A stretch of DNA of 63,580 nt, counting the filler, from Candidatus Woesearchaeota archaeon (GTDB lineage: Archaea; Nanobdellota; Nanobdellia; Woesearchaeales; CAZJJJ01), in assembly GCA_046538795.1 (NCBI GenBank). It is 3 parts of 3 records of this genome, joined end to end, with 100 filler letters (N's around TTAATTAATTAA, not from the genome) between each part and the next. Parts side by side here need not be neighbours in the genome. Positions count along the whole stretch, not along the records: positions 1 to 22,011 come from JBKHIF010000018.1; positions 22,112 to 43,339 come from JBKHIF010000019.1; 1 more part is not named here. The stretch is one strand, 5' to 3'. Positions 17,963 through 28,681 of the stretch are shown here, in pieces (position 1 is the first letter of the stretch; every line of letters starts with the position of its first letter). Under the pieces are notes generated by a model. The model was not told where the DNA came from and ran no database searches. It saw only the letters and a list, made by a program, of their open reading frames with translations. The position numbers and the translations under genes are program-made.

Positions 17963-20431
17963 ATGAACAATAATATTGACCTTAGAAAAGGAATACGAAC
18001 AGGAATAAATAAAATTGCAGCTATAGGTGTAGGTGTAGTTATGCTTGGTGCGACATTGCTTGGAGCAGGAGCACAGGATTTGACAGAATTTCCATCTCCA
18101 TTCGTTGATGACGGTAATTTCAACTCAAAGATTGTGGTTGGTGAAAATGCTCTAATACCTGATGTCATAGGTGCAATAGATATTTCTGCAAGATTGCAGT
18201 ATGATATGCGATCTCCAACAGGTGAAAATGGAGAAGAGGTTGTGATATCAGGCGATTCTGAACAGATAAGGACGCCTACAGACATTCTGGAATTTGGAGA
18301 GCAGCTGGGAGAGGTTAAGGAGGTATTCACATATTCTGATCTTGATGCGCTTTCAGGAAGCAACTTAAGAAACAGCAAGGGAACTTTTGAATATTCTCAG
18401 AATATTGAGCTTCCGGAAACTCAGGGACTTATGGTCTCTTATGCAGAAAATCAGGATGATGAAACTGACATATATATGATGATTTCAAACAATCAGGAAC
18501 TCTATACATATTCACTGGATTTCTCAGTTCCTCTTGAGAGCGACATAGATGGAAGCGAACTTGAAGATCTCAATGAAGAAGAGATAATGATTCTTGGAAA
18601 AACATATACTATCTCATCTACCGAAGTCGACACAGGCTCAAACTCACTTACGATCGAACTTCTGGGTGGTGAAATATCTGATTTTCTGAATCAAGGTGAA
18701 TCAGGAACATATGAAATTGATGATACAGAATATGAAGTAGAAGTCAGATTTATAGGTGAATCTGCGGGAGAAGATCAGGTGCAGTTTCAGGTTACCTATG
18801 ATGGAACAACAGAAATTACACAAACCCTCGCAGCAGGAGAAACATATCTTCTTGAAGACGGAACAGAGGTTGGAATAAGAGAAATCTTAAGACAAGGCGC
18901 TTTTGCAGGAGAACCTGATTATGTAGAGTTTTATATGGGTGCCGACACTATAACATTGTCAGATGATGATTATACTGACATAGCAGATGGCTCTTCCCTG
19001 GAGGTAAATCAGGATTCACTAAATGAGGTTACTGTGCAGATCAGAGCAGACGATTCGACAAGCGGACAGCTTGACATAAGCGGAATTGAGATCACAGCCC
19101 TTTCTCCAGATGATCTTTTCATACCTGAAGGAGGAATGTTATCTCAAGAACTTGAAACTGACGAAGCAGGAATCTTATTTACGCAAAACATTGATTTTAG
19201 TTTTGAAGGAATCACCGGCAGGAATCCTGAATCAGTAATGATAGAAGATGATAGTGATGACCAATATGATCTGGTATTTACCAACATGGCAGGAAATGAG
19301 ATAACTATTCCGTTGTGGAGAGCTGTTTCAGCAAACGGAGCAATACCTGGAAATGATGACGGAATGCTCTGGACCGAACAGGACGCAGACACCACACCAT
19401 ATATAGAGACTGACGATTTTTTTCTGGTAGGCGACGGAACAAAACAACCGGACCGAAGGTATACCTATCTTCTTCAATATGAAGGATATGACAGCGGAGA
19501 TAACGAAATAAATATACGAAATTTGGGTACTGATGAAACATTGACATATACTCTTGATGAAGAAAATCAGGCTCAAATTATTCTCGGCGGAAAACAATTT
19601 ACAGTAAACCTGACTGATCCAAACACAGATGATGCGGATATCTGGGTTGATCTTGATGGAAACGGAGACGCAGATGCAGTCAAAATGAATGCCACGACAA
19701 GCACAGGTGCATGGATCGAGGTTCCTGGAGTTAATCCAGCAAATCCTGCTCAGGAGCAGAACAGTGCAAATCTTGTGATACATATGCCTCCTGAAAAGAT
19801 GGATGATGAACTAAGTTATGAGACAATCACTCTCGGACTTGATGTATCTGATTCAGAGGTTGACCTAAGCACAACCATAGATTCATCAGGAGAAACATTA
19901 GGACTGCTACAGGTTGGAGATTCTGACCTATACAGGACATATTCCTATTACGGAGCCATTGTAGAAGAAGACAGGTCAGGAAATACAGATTCTCTTGAGA
20001 TAGAGATTCCTTCAAGCCAGGCAGAAGCACAAGTATTTCTTACTTCAGGCGAGGTCGTCGTAAGAACAGGAGATTCAGCTGAAGGACCATACAGCATATC
20101 GCAAATACCTGCTCCGGTAGCTGTTCTCGATACTGAGGTAGATGACATTGACGATGATAACTATATTGTTGTAGGAGGTCCTTGCGCAAACAATGTTGCT
20201 ATGGAGCTTTTGGGAAACCCTGAGCCATGCAGAGAAGATTTTGACGAAGGACAGGCAAGGATACAGTTATTTGAACATGCAAATGGTAATGTTGCTATGC
20301 TTGTTGCAGGATACAATGGAGAAGATACAAGAAAGGCCGCAAGAGTCGTATACAACTATGACGAATATCCTGAATTTGCAGGAACTTTTGTTGAAGTAAG
20401 CGGAACTTTAGCTAATCCTGAACTAAACTAA
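17963..20431 (+). CDS. S-layer protein (acidic, Methanococcales/DPANN type)
   Basis: GGGGTG RBS; KIAAIGVGVVMLGATLLGA signal; DLTEFPSPFV, IVVG, IVVGGPCAN, LVAGYNGEDT motifs. Confidence 0.9.
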   Translation: MNNNIDLRKGIRTGINKIAAIGVGVVMLGATLLGAGAQDLTEFPSPFVDDGNFNSKIVVGENALIPDVIGAIDISARLQYDMRSPTGENGEEVVISGDSEQIRTPTDILEFGEQLGEVKEVFTYSDLDALSGSNLRNSKGTFEYSQNIELPETQGLMVSYAENQDDETDIYMMISNNQELYTYSLDFSVPLESDIDGSELEDLNEEEIMILGKTYTISSTEVDTGSNSLTIELLGGEISDFLNQGESGTYEIDDTEYEVEVRFIGESAGEDQVQFQVTYDGTTEITQTLAAGETYLLEDGTEVGIREILRQGAFAGEPDYVEFYMGADTITLSDDDYTDIADGSSLEVNQDSLNEVTVQIRADDSTSGQLDISGIEITALSPDDLFIPEGGMLSQELETDEAGILFTQNIDFSFEGITGRNPESVMIEDDSDDQYDLVFTNMAGNEITIPLWRAVSANGAIPGNDDGMLWTEQDADTTPYIETDDFFLVGDGTKQPDRRYTYLLQYEGYDSGDNEINIRNLGTDETLTYTLDEENQAQIILGGKQFTVNLTDPNTDDADIWVDLDGNGDADAVKMNATTSTGAWIEVPGVNPANPAQEQNSANLVIHMPPEKMDDELSYETITLGLDVSDSEVDLSTTIDSSGETLGLLQVGDSDLYRTYSYYGAIVEEDRSGNTDSLEIEIPSSQAEAQVFLTSGEVVVRTGDSAEGPYSISQIPAPVAVLDTEVDDIDDDNYIVVGGPCANNVAMELLGNPEPCREDFDEGQARIQLFEHANGNVAMLVAGYNGEDTRKAARVVYNYDEYPEFAGTFVEVSGTLANPELN

Positions 20432-20637
20432 ACAATCTTTAGAAAAAACATTATTTTTATTTTTTTAAAGTCAGGCAACAAACAAAAACTATTTGGAAAA
20501 AAATTGATTTTTTATTTTTTATTTTTCTTTTTTTTATTTTCTTATTAAACAGAAAATAAAGAAAATCAATTTTCAAGCATATCCCTAAACTGAAGTGTGG
20601 GGTATTAAGGCTTTCGCAGCTGACGTGATTTACTTAT

Positions 20638-20707
20638 TTCAAAATTCGCCTTCAAAGGCGAAGGTATTGCTCCAAAGGAGTACCCTTTCAGGGCAAACCC
20701 AAAATTT
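20638..20707 (-). repeat. Partial copy of dispersed hairpin repeat
   Basis: TGCTCC-AAA-GGAGTA-CCCT-TTC-AGGGCAAAC matches the core of the other copies; TTCAAAATT.GCCTT is shared with ~10671. Confidence 0.75.
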
Positions 20708-20804
20708 AGAAATAAAGAAATACCTAAAATCTTGAAGAGGGGGCAAGATGGAAAATACAATCATTTTGTTTTCAAAAGGCATAAATGATATGGAGGTGAT
20801 TTTT

Positions 20805-21470
20805 ATGCCGACAGATGAAGACCTTAAAAAAAATATCGTGGATCAATTATACTGGGACGACAGAGTAGATGCATCCAATGTGATGGTTGATGTTGAAAAC
20901 AGAATAGTCACACTTAAAGGGACAGTTCCAAGCATCAGAGCTAAAAATGCAGCATACAATGATTCTCTATTGATATCAGGAATCAGGATGGTAGACGACA
21001 AGCTTGATGTCAATTATCTTAAAGGGATTAATACTGGCGATGAAGATATAAAAAGAGACATAAACGATGTATTGCTCTGGGATCCAGACATAGATTCGAC
21101 CAAGATTGATGTTGATGTCCTGAATGGGATCGTGACTTTAAAAGGATCTGTTGATTCATACTGGAAAAAGATTCTTGCAGAGAATTCCACAGAAAACATA
21201 ATCGGAGTTCGTGATGTCATAAATGAGATTGCGATAGTTCCAACAGAAAATTGGTCTGATGAAAAGATATCAGAAAATATAATGAATGCTCTTGACAGGA
21301 ATATATATACAGATCCTCAGGAAGTTGATATAACTGTTACTGACGGAAATGTCGATATATCAGGAAAGGTCCCCAATCCTGTCGTAAGAAGGGAAGTTAT
21401 TGATGTAACGCTCTTTACACCAGGTGTTTTGGCTGTAAATGATAATAATTTAGAGGTCGCAACAGCATAG
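20805..21470 (+). CDS. Triple BON-domain protein
   Basis: GGAGGTG RBS; three D.I...WD..VD...V.V..G.VTL.G.V repeats. Confidence 0.9.
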   Translation: MPTDEDLKKNIVDQLYWDDRVDASNVMVDVENRIVTLKGTVPSIRAKNAAYNDSLLISGIRMVDDKLDVNYLKGINTGDEDIKRDINDVLLWDPDIDSTKIDVDVLNGIVTLKGSVDSYWKKILAENSTENIIGVRDVINEIAIVPTENWSDEKISENIMNALDRNIYTDPQEVDITVTDGNVDISGKVPNPVVRREVIDVTLFTPGVLAVNDNNLEVATA

Positions 21471-21556
21471 GCCTTCTAAATTTATTATCTTTTGATGTTT
21501 TATTGTTTAATTGATTTTTCCAGGTTACCTATATAACTAAATTAGGCGGGATTTAT

Positions 21557-22011
21557 ATGGAAAACAATCTTGATAAAATTACCAAGACGATAAAAAAATG
21601 CAAAAAATGCAGGCTCTGGAAATTTTCGGCAAACGCTGTTCCTGGTTGCGGACCTGATGATTCCAGCGTAATGCTTATTGGTCAGAATCCTGGCAAAGAA
21701 GAGAATAATACAGGAAAACCATTTGTAGGACGAAGCGGGCGTTTTCTTGATGAAACGCTTGAAAAGAATAACATCAATCGAAAAGATATTTTCATAACAT
21801 CAGTCGTTAAGCATGCAACGCCGAAGAACAGGAAACCAAAAGAAGATGAGGTTGCTGCATGCTATCCGTATCTTGAAGAACAGATTAAAGAGATAAAACC
21901 AAAAATAGTTCTTCTCATGGGAAATGTTGCCAAAAGTATCCAAAGAGCCAAAAATATAAGATATATCGAAACATATCATCCGGCAGCTGCAATGAGGTTT
22001 CCAAAGATAAA
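21557..22011 (+). CDS. Family 4 uracil-DNA glycosylase (3' end lost at contig edge)
   Basis: CKKC, IGQNPG, GKPFVGRSG, YHPAA. Confidence 0.9.
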
Positions 22012-22111
22012 NNNNNNNNNNNNNNNNNNNNNNNNNNNNNNNNNNNNNNNNNNNNTTAATTAATTAANNNNNNNNNNNNNNNNNNNNNNNNNNNNNNNNN
22101 NNNNNNNNNNN
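22012..22111. other. Artificial contig linker
   Basis: 44 N + TTAATTAATTAA (stops in all frames) + 44 N. Confidence 0.97.
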
Positions 22112-22113
22112 CT

Positions 22114-23973
22114 CCTGCAATTGATCCCAATGCAGTATGCAAACTTGATGGCCAGCTTCTTCTAAATGTTCCTGAAAATGAATGTGAATATTATCAAAGA
22201 TATTGCGAAGATCCTGGTATGCGGCTTGCTACTAAAAATAATGCTGATTTTGTATGTTGTCATCAAGATAGGATATATGATTCAGACACTAAATGTTGTG
22301 ATGGAGATGATGTTGCTCTTACTAATGATAAAAACATATGCTGTGACCAGGACAGGCTTTATGACAATGGTGATGAGTGTTGTCCAAATTCTGTAGTAAC
22401 CACAAACTCAGGAACTTTTTGCTGTGCAGAGAATGAGGAACTATTTGCAAACGATAACAGCCAATCAAGATGTTGTCCTCAGGACACTTCTTATCTTTCT
22501 TACGATGGCACTACCTGCTGTCAGGATGGTGATACCAGATCAGTGTGCGAAAGAGTGCCTGAATACGGTCCATGTCAATGCGTGCCATCTGTTGTTTCAT
22601 CTGCTGATGAGCCAGTTACATGTTCTGCAAAGGTGGATGGTTCTGATAATGAATTTGTAACTGAGGAAACTATACCTGCATCAGAATTTCAGGATATTGA
22701 GTCAGAACAGAAAAAATATGTGTTTAGAGATTCTGAACCCAGATGTGAAGTAGTTATCCGATCAGTTGATGATGATAGCAGCTTCAGATGTGATCCAGAA
22801 AGCTGCACTCCTTTAGATGTTGAGCTTAGATCTGGAGAAAGCATAAGAGTTATTTGCGATATTGTTGATGAGAATTCGGTCTATGTTGCTAAAGCTGAAA
22901 AAGAGATAACAGGTACCCAGATAACTGAAGATAATTCTCTGGTAACATTTGCAAATGAAGATTATCCTGATGCTGTATGTGCAGTCTCAGTAAAAAAGAT
23001 CCCTCCGGAAACTGAGTGTGAGTGTGAGCCTAACCCAGTTATAAAGGGAAGGATGGTTACCTGCAACATATATATTGACGAAAAGTTGTCATTTGTTGAA
23101 AGAGTATCAACATCTTCATTGAATCCAGGTACAGATGTGCTTGTTCCGACTGATAATGGTGAATGCAGGGTCAATATAGAAGAAGAGGATGATGAATCCT
23201 GTATTCCTGATGGGTATAATGGTGAATGTCCAGACCATTGCAGAAGCTGGGAGGATCCTGACTGTGACTATGGAAGAACAGGTCTTATAATGACTAATTT
23301 TATTTCAGAAACGCTTTTTGGCTCAAGCCTTCAGGGATGGTGGAATTCCAGGCTTCAGGCAAATGGCTGGGAATCGCAGGTCTTTTCTTTTGCACAGAAT
23401 ATTCCCCTTACACCTGAATGGATATCTGATCAGGTGTGCAAACAGGGATCAAGCATAGGTGATTCTTTTGATAATCTTTTTTTCTCTGTGGAAGATGACT
23501 ATGAAGGAGATGAAGATGAAGATTGGGTTCCTCCAGATGCATTCCTTGATCCTGATATAGCAATAACTTTCGGAGCAGAATATGATGGTACTGATTATAA
23601 GGTCTCCTGGATATTCAACAATTTTGAAGAAGGAGAAGACTCGCTTTTCAGGATAATACTAAAGAATGAGTATGGTGTAACTGATTCTGAAGAAAGAGAC
23701 ATATTTCCTGCATGGACCAATGATCCTGAGATAACCTGGGAAGATTTTTATGGAGATGTTCCTGAAAGTGTTTCAGAACTTCCTTATCCTGTTGAAAAAT
23801 TTGACAATGAATGGGCGCCTGTGCTTAATGGCAAAGGCAATTATATACATAGAAATGAGCCTCAAAATTATGATACCATCTGTATGCATATAAGAGGGAA
23901 AAAGCTAGAGATATTCGGAGATTTTCCTGTGTTTGATGAAGTAAAATGCAGATCAATATCCCGCACTTACTAG
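22114..23973 (+). CDS. Cys-rich acidic extracellular protein (5'-truncated)
   Basis: Frame open from the contig edge; repeated CC motifs (FVCCHQDRIY, NICCDQDRLY, TFCCAE, TTCCQD) then Ig-like C-x-C-x-P modules. Confidence 0.75.
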   Translation, partial: PAIDPNAVCKLDGQLLLNVPENECEYYQRYCEDPGMRLATKNNADFVCCHQDRIYDSDTKCCDGDDVALTNDKNICCDQDRLYDNGDECCPNSVVTTNSGTFCCAENEELFANDNSQSRCCPQDTSYLSYDGTTCCQDGDTRSVCERVPEYGPCQCVPSVVSSADEPVTCSAKVDGSDNEFVTEETIPASEFQDIESEQKKYVFRDSEPRCEVVIRSVDDDSSFRCDPESCTPLDVELRSGESIRVICDIVDENSVYVAKAEKEITGTQITEDNSLVTFANEDYPDAVCAVSVKKIPPETECECEPNPVIKGRMVTCNIYIDEKLSFVERVSTSSLNPGTDVLVPTDNGECRVNIEEEDDESCIPDGYNGECPDHCRSWEDPDCDYGRTGLIMTNFISETLFGSSLQGWWNSRLQANGWESQVFSFAQNIPLTPEWISDQVCKQGSSIGDSFDNLFFSVEDDYEGDEDEDWVPPDAFLDPDIAITFGAEYDGTDYKVSWIFNNFEEGEDSLFRIILKNEYGVTDSEERDIFPAWTNDPEITWEDFYGDVPESVSELPYPVEKFDNEWAPVLNGKGNYIHRNEPQNYDTICMHIRGKKLEIFGDFPVFDEVKCRSISRTY

Positions 23974-23991
23974 ATTGTTTATTATTAGAAG

Positions 23992-25497
23992 ATGGAACCT
24001 AAACTTATAGAATACATAAACAGGCAGCTTGCAAATGGATTTACAATAGATAAGATAAGAGAAGCTATGTTTGAGTATTATCCAAAGAATCTTGTAGATG
24101 AACATGTGAATTATGTTATAGAACAGCATGTCGAGAATATCAAATCATCTGCAAAGATTCTTCTGTCACAGGGAAAAGATCTTTCTGAGATAAAGGACAT
24201 ATGTCTTGAAAGAGAACATGACAATACAATTGTTGATAAGCTTCTTTCTGAACTTAAGGATGAGAAAAAAGGATTTCAAAATAAGTCGCAAAATGATATT
24301 TCGTCAAAAAATGATACTAATAACAAAAAAGGACAAACACAATACGTACAAAAACAGCTTGAAATTTATATACAAGATCAGCTTAGAAAAGGCTACTCTT
24401 TGGAAAGCATACATTCTCTTCTCCTGAACCAGGGATATAATCCTGAAAATGTTAATTTTGAAATTAATAAGATACGACAGAGTCATTTATATGTTCACAA
24501 ATCTCATTTTCTTACTGGCATCATAGTCATGTTGCTTATAGCAGGACTTGGGTTTGGATCTTTTATGCTTTTTGGTGATTCTCAGAGATTGCTTGATGTA
24601 AAAGCAGAAGGATTTGACACAATGAGAACTCTTTCTCCAGGAGAGAGGATTGAATTTAAGGTTGAAGCACTGAACCTTGGAAAAAGAGAAAGATATGATG
24701 TTGATTTTACTTTTACTATGCGGGATATGGATGGAAATGTTCTTGAAAGAAAATCTGATACAAGAGCTATTGCAACATCGATATCTCTTATTCCTTTCAT
24801 GGATATACCATCAGATGCAGCTCCTGGAAATCATATGATGCTTGTTGAGGCAGATTACGGAGATGGTGTTGCAAGAAGCAGTTTCCAATTCAGGATAGAA
24901 AATAATTACGATTCAGAATATGAAGATTTTCCTGATGATAGGGACGATTCAGATCTTGAAGATAATAAGCAAGACACAGATGATTCTTATGAACATCCAG
25001 ATGATTCTGCAGATGATAATTCCAACATAAAAGATGATACTTACACAGATGATGAAACATCTGATGAGAATTCTGAAAATGAATACATACCTCCTGAAAA
25101 ACTGTTCATATTCATACCATCAGAAGATGGAGCGACTTCTAAAAGCAGCATAGAAAGTATTGCTCGGGATGATATTACAAGAGCTAAAGAACTTTGCAGT
25201 AATCTTCCTAATCCAGACAGGCAAAATTGTCTTACAAAAGTGCAGGAAGCTTTGGGTGAATTTGAAGAGGTCTGCGAAAATACATCAACCTATCTTGGAG
25301 AGACGTTCTGTCTTGATGAAACATCTGAAGATATTCCTGAAAATCCTTGCAAACTTATAGAAGGTCATGACGAAAGGATCGCTTGCGAAGAGTTCCTTAA
25401 AGAATCATGGGATAATGCTCCTATCAATAGCACAGGTGAAGGAATAATCAACCATGGTTCTGATGAGATTCGAGACATAAGCGACATAATAGATTGA
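23992..25497 (+). CDS. Single-pass membrane protein with Ig-like domain and acidic linker
   Basis: Cytoplasmic YI..QL..G(F/Y)....I repeats, one TM, beta-rich domain, D-rich region, Cys-paired C-terminus. Confidence 0.7.
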   Translation: MEPKLIEYINRQLANGFTIDKIREAMFEYYPKNLVDEHVNYVIEQHVENIKSSAKILLSQGKDLSEIKDICLEREHDNTIVDKLLSELKDEKKGFQNKSQNDISSKNDTNNKKGQTQYVQKQLEIYIQDQLRKGYSLESIHSLLLNQGYNPENVNFEINKIRQSHLYVHKSHFLTGIIVMLLIAGLGFGSFMLFGDSQRLLDVKAEGFDTMRTLSPGERIEFKVEALNLGKRERYDVDFTFTMRDMDGNVLERKSDTRAIATSISLIPFMDIPSDAAPGNHMMLVEADYGDGVARSSFQFRIENNYDSEYEDFPDDRDDSDLEDNKQDTDDSYEHPDDSADDNSNIKDDTYTDDETSDENSENEYIPPEKLFIFIPSEDGATSKSSIESIARDDITRAKELCSNLPNPDRQNCLTKVQEALGEFEEVCENTSTYLGETFCLDETSEDIPENPCKLIEGHDERIACEEFLKESWDNAPINSTGEGIINHGSDEIRDISDIID

Positions 25498-25501
25498 ATA
25501 T

Positions 25502-26167
25502 TTAGTAGTATTCTATTTCTTTCTTGAGATATATTCCTTGTTTTAGTTCAACAGGACGCCAAGTATCAATTATCAGTTCTGCATCAAGCCATCTTGCAAG
25601 CTCTTTAGGATTTCCTATTGTTGCTGAAAGAGATATGAGCTGCATGTTTTTTAAAATGTCTTTTAGCATTGTTATGAGTATTTCAAGCGTTGGTCCTCTT
25701 GAAGGATCATTAAGAAGATGCACTTCATCTATTATTATGGTCGAGACATATTTAAGCCAGGGGGTGTGGTGTCTTAACAAAGAATCAAGCTTTTCTGAAG
25801 TTGTAATTATGAAATCATAGTTTTCAAGATAAGAATCAGAGGAATCCGTATTTCCAATGGATAATGCTATCCTTAATTTATTTCCGTATTTTTGCTTGAA
25901 ATCATTATATTTTTCAGATGCAAGCGCTTTCAATGGAACAATATATATAACTTTTCCTATCTGATTGACTATGGAATTTACTGCTGCAAATTCAGCTATA
26001 AGTGTCTTTCCTGAAGCTGTAGGAGTGCATATGAGAAGATTTTTTCTGTCGAAAAGCCCTTGCTTGACTGCTTTTTCTTGGGCAGGGAATAGTTCTTTCA
26101 TACCTTTATTGTCTAATTGAGAATACATGAATTCCGGGATCTTAGTTTTTATTTCTGAGAGTTTCAT
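25502..26167 (-). CDS. Stand-alone Ski2/Hel308-like DEAD/DEAH ATPase domain
   Basis: LFPAQ, TPTASGKT, PLKALA, TSEK, DEVH, LSAT, WRPV; ends before the second RecA domain. Confidence 0.85.
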   Translation of the reverse strand: MKLSEIKTKIPEFMYSQLDNKGMKELFPAQEKAVKQGLFDRKNLLICTPTASGKTLIAEFAAVNSIVNQIGKVIYIVPLKALASEKYNDFKQKYGNKLRIALSIGNTDSSDSYLENYDFIITTSEKLDSLLRHHTPWLKYVSTIIIDEVHLLNDPSRGPTLEILITMLKDILKNMQLISLSATIGNPKELARWLDAELIIDTWRPVELKQGIYLKKEIEYY

Positions 26168-26173
26168 CTTGAC

Positions 26174-27700
26174 TTAATCTATTAGTTTATATGTTGTAAG
26201 TTCACCAGAACGAAAAACCTCTTTTATTTTATAGTTTTCTAAAATCAGATTTTCATTTTTGTATGCTGGTATATCTATAAAGTATTTGTAGGTGTAATTC
26301 TTATTTTCAAATATTTTTTGAAAATTTCCAGTCTCTAGATATATACAATCTATGTTGTACTTTTCAAGCAAAATGCATCTTGACTGCATTGCATAAGCTT
26401 CATTTATTATAAGAGTATTATTATCGTTTAATTTAGATATTGTCCTATCAAAATTGTGTGTTGAGCTATAATCCATATCTATTGGTCTCAAACTAAAAAA
26501 GGATACAATTATTAGGATGATCAGCAGAAATTGGCTTGATCTTTTAATGATACCATGTCTTAATCCCATTCCTGCCAGTAACATTATTGATGGTATAAGT
26601 ATTGCAAGAAATCTTTCCTGATAACTATGAAAAGTTAAGATAAGAATTCCGAATATGGTTATTTGAGATAAGGGATATTTTAGGAATTTTTTGAAATTTC
26701 TATTAAATAAAGAGCTTATAATACATAATGTTAATGCTATTCCTATAATATTGTTCAAGAATAACGATTTATATATTACATTGAATCTAAAAAAGAACTG
26801 ACTTGGTAAAAAAAATATTTCATCGGTTCCGGTATGGTGTTGAGTTTCTGTCAAGAGATGAAATAATATGATGATCATATACGAAAATGTGATAAAGATA
26901 ATAAAAAATGTAGATTCTTTATTATTCTTGATATAATTTTTTATTGTTTTTTTATTGTCAAACAAATAGTATATTAAGTATAGTATTGTCAACAGAAAAT
27001 ATTCTGCCCTGAAAAATGATAACCATAAAAGAACTATGGGAAGCAGTTCAGCAACCTCTTTTCTGTTTTTATTAATATTTGATGTTATTAGATAAAATAC
27101 TAATGATAATGACAATATGGTTATCATCATGACTGTTGATTGTGTACTGTATTTTAAGAATAAAGGATTTAAACATAAAAGGACAATCAACAAAAATGAA
27201 AACAATCGATCTCTAAATAAATTGACTGATGTCAGAAACATTAATAATAATCCGATTATAGATATTATAAAATTAAAATATATAGTGGCATTAGAATAAT
27301 TCTTGTTGAATTTGTAGAGCAATGAAATTATAAATGGATATCCAGTATTTTTATCCATTTTTTTTTCAATGTAACATTCATCAGAATTTCCATAGCTACA
27401 AAGATGGTATTTTGATTCATCTGCATAATATTTTGCAGCAATTTTATAATCTTCTGAACGTGAATCATTAAAATCAGAAAAAGGACTATATAGAATTATT
27501 ATAGATGAGCATATTATTATGATACCAAGAAGAAAATATGTTAATTTTTTGTCTATGTGAAAAACTGTTTTTTTGTTCTTATATATAAAAAATAAAGAAA
27601 CGGACAGCAATAATATCATATATACAATAGATATGTGTTTTTCAAATATTGTAAAAAAACTAAATTTGTCGCCTATATTTTTTAGTATGGAAGATATCAT
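26174..27700 (-). CDS. Multi-pass membrane protein, GT-C (ArnT/PMT-like) glycosyltransferase candidate
   Basis: Many TM helices, GYPFIISL loop, FRAE, ERFL motifs. Confidence 0.55.
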   Translation of the reverse strand: MISSILKNIGDKFSFFTIFEKHISIVYMILLLSVSLFFIYKNKKTVFHIDKKLTYFLLGIIIICSSIIILYSPFSDFNDSRSEDYKIAAKYYADESKYHLCSYGNSDECYIEKKMDKNTGYPFIISLLYKFNKNYSNATIYFNFIISIIGLLLMFLTSVNLFRDRLFSFLLIVLLCLNPLFLKYSTQSTVMMITILSLSLVFYLITSNINKNRKEVAELLPIVLLWLSFFRAEYFLLTILYLIYYLFDNKKTIKNYIKNNKESTFFIIFITFSYMIIILFHLLTETQHHTGTDEIFFLPSQFFFRFNVIYKSLFLNNIIGIALTLCIISSLFNRNFKKFLKYPLSQITIFGILILTFHSYQERFLAILIPSIMLLAGMGLRHGIIKRSSQFLLIILIIVSFFSLRPIDMDYSSTHNFDRTISKLNDNNTLIINEAYAMQSRCILLEKYNIDCIYLETGNFQKIFENKNYTYKYFIDIPAYKNENLILENYKIKEVFRSGELTTYKLID

Positions 27701-27765
27701 TGCTTATGCACTTATATTTATATAATAACACACGATTTTTTGATGATATTCGAGTTATATTTTTA

Positions 27766-28680
27766 CTATTTTACGGGATATTTGAGTTCTGAGATTCCAT
27801 ATATTTTAGCATAATTTTTCCACACACCTTCGCATATGGAATTGAATTTGCATTTCATGCAATACTTGCTTTTTATTTTTCCAAGTATTTTTCTGTTCTC
27901 ATTAAATTTGAAATCTGGTTTTTTTTCAGGATCAAGATATACTCTTTCTTTTGCCATGTTAAGTTCAACAATTCTATCTTCGTATCCTTTCATAAAACAA
28001 AATGGAACGGCTTCAACATTAAGCATATAATTGTGTTCTATTGCAATATCAAGTGATTTGTGTATATATGGTGCAGCATTGCTTATTTTTGGAACAAGTT
28101 CCAGCCTGTTTTTCCATGCACTATCTGTGGGATTAATAAACATAAGTTCTGAATAAATTTTAGGAATATTTTTTCTTAAATTTATAAGAAATTTAGTTAT
28201 TTCTGGAAGTATTTTGTAGTTTACTTTCATGATGGTTGTTATAGTTGATACTTGCAGATCGTATTTTTGAGTATTATCCAATGCTTGAATAAGCTCCTTG
28301 AAACTTCCTTTAACTTGAGTTAGGTGTTCATACATATCTTTCCTTATATCAGGTAATGAAAAACATATGCTTGTAAGTCCTGCATCAACTAGTTTATCAT
28401 AAAAATTGCTGTATGAGCACATTCGTCCATTTGTAATTACAAGAATGTCTTTAAAACTAAGTTCTGATGCATAAGAAATCAATTTAACAATATCTTTTCT
28501 TAATGTTGGTTCTCCTCCTGTAAATACTACTTTCTCTGCTTTATTTTTCTTAGCAAATTCAAGTTCTTTAATTACTTCTTTTGTTGTCAGGTTGAATTTT
28601 CTTTGTTCTCCTACACAACAAAATCTGCAGTTGTTGTTGCAGAGATATCCTATTCTTAAATCAGCTCTTGGCGGGTCCAT
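27766..28680 (-). CDS. Radical SAM protein
   Basis: CNNNCRFC, FTGGEPT, ITNG, C-terminal CMKC...C. Confidence 0.92.
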   Translation of the reverse strand: MDPPRADLRIGYLCNNNCRFCCVGEQRKFNLTTKEVIKELEFAKKNKAEKVVFTGGEPTLRKDIVKLISYASELSFKDILVITNGRMCSYSNFYDKLVDAGLTSICFSLPDIRKDMYEHLTQVKGSFKELIQALDNTQKYDLQVSTITTIMKVNYKILPEITKFLINLRKNIPKIYSELMFINPTDSAWKNRLELVPKISNAAPYIHKSLDIAIEHNYMLNVEAVPFCFMKGYEDRIVELNMAKERVYLDPEKKPDFKFNENRKILGKIKSKYCMKCKFNSICEGVWKNYAKIYGISELKYPVK

Positions 28681-28681
28681 C

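Noticed and set aside
20575..20610. Imperfect palindrome ATATCCCTA...TGGGGTAT
   Set aside because: Single degenerate copy in the window; may be a repeat remnant but cannot be supported
22012..22111. TTAATTAATTAA palindrome within N runs (also 43340-43439)
   Set aside because: Identical 100-nt artificial contig linker; not biological, and gene truncations beside it are assembly edges
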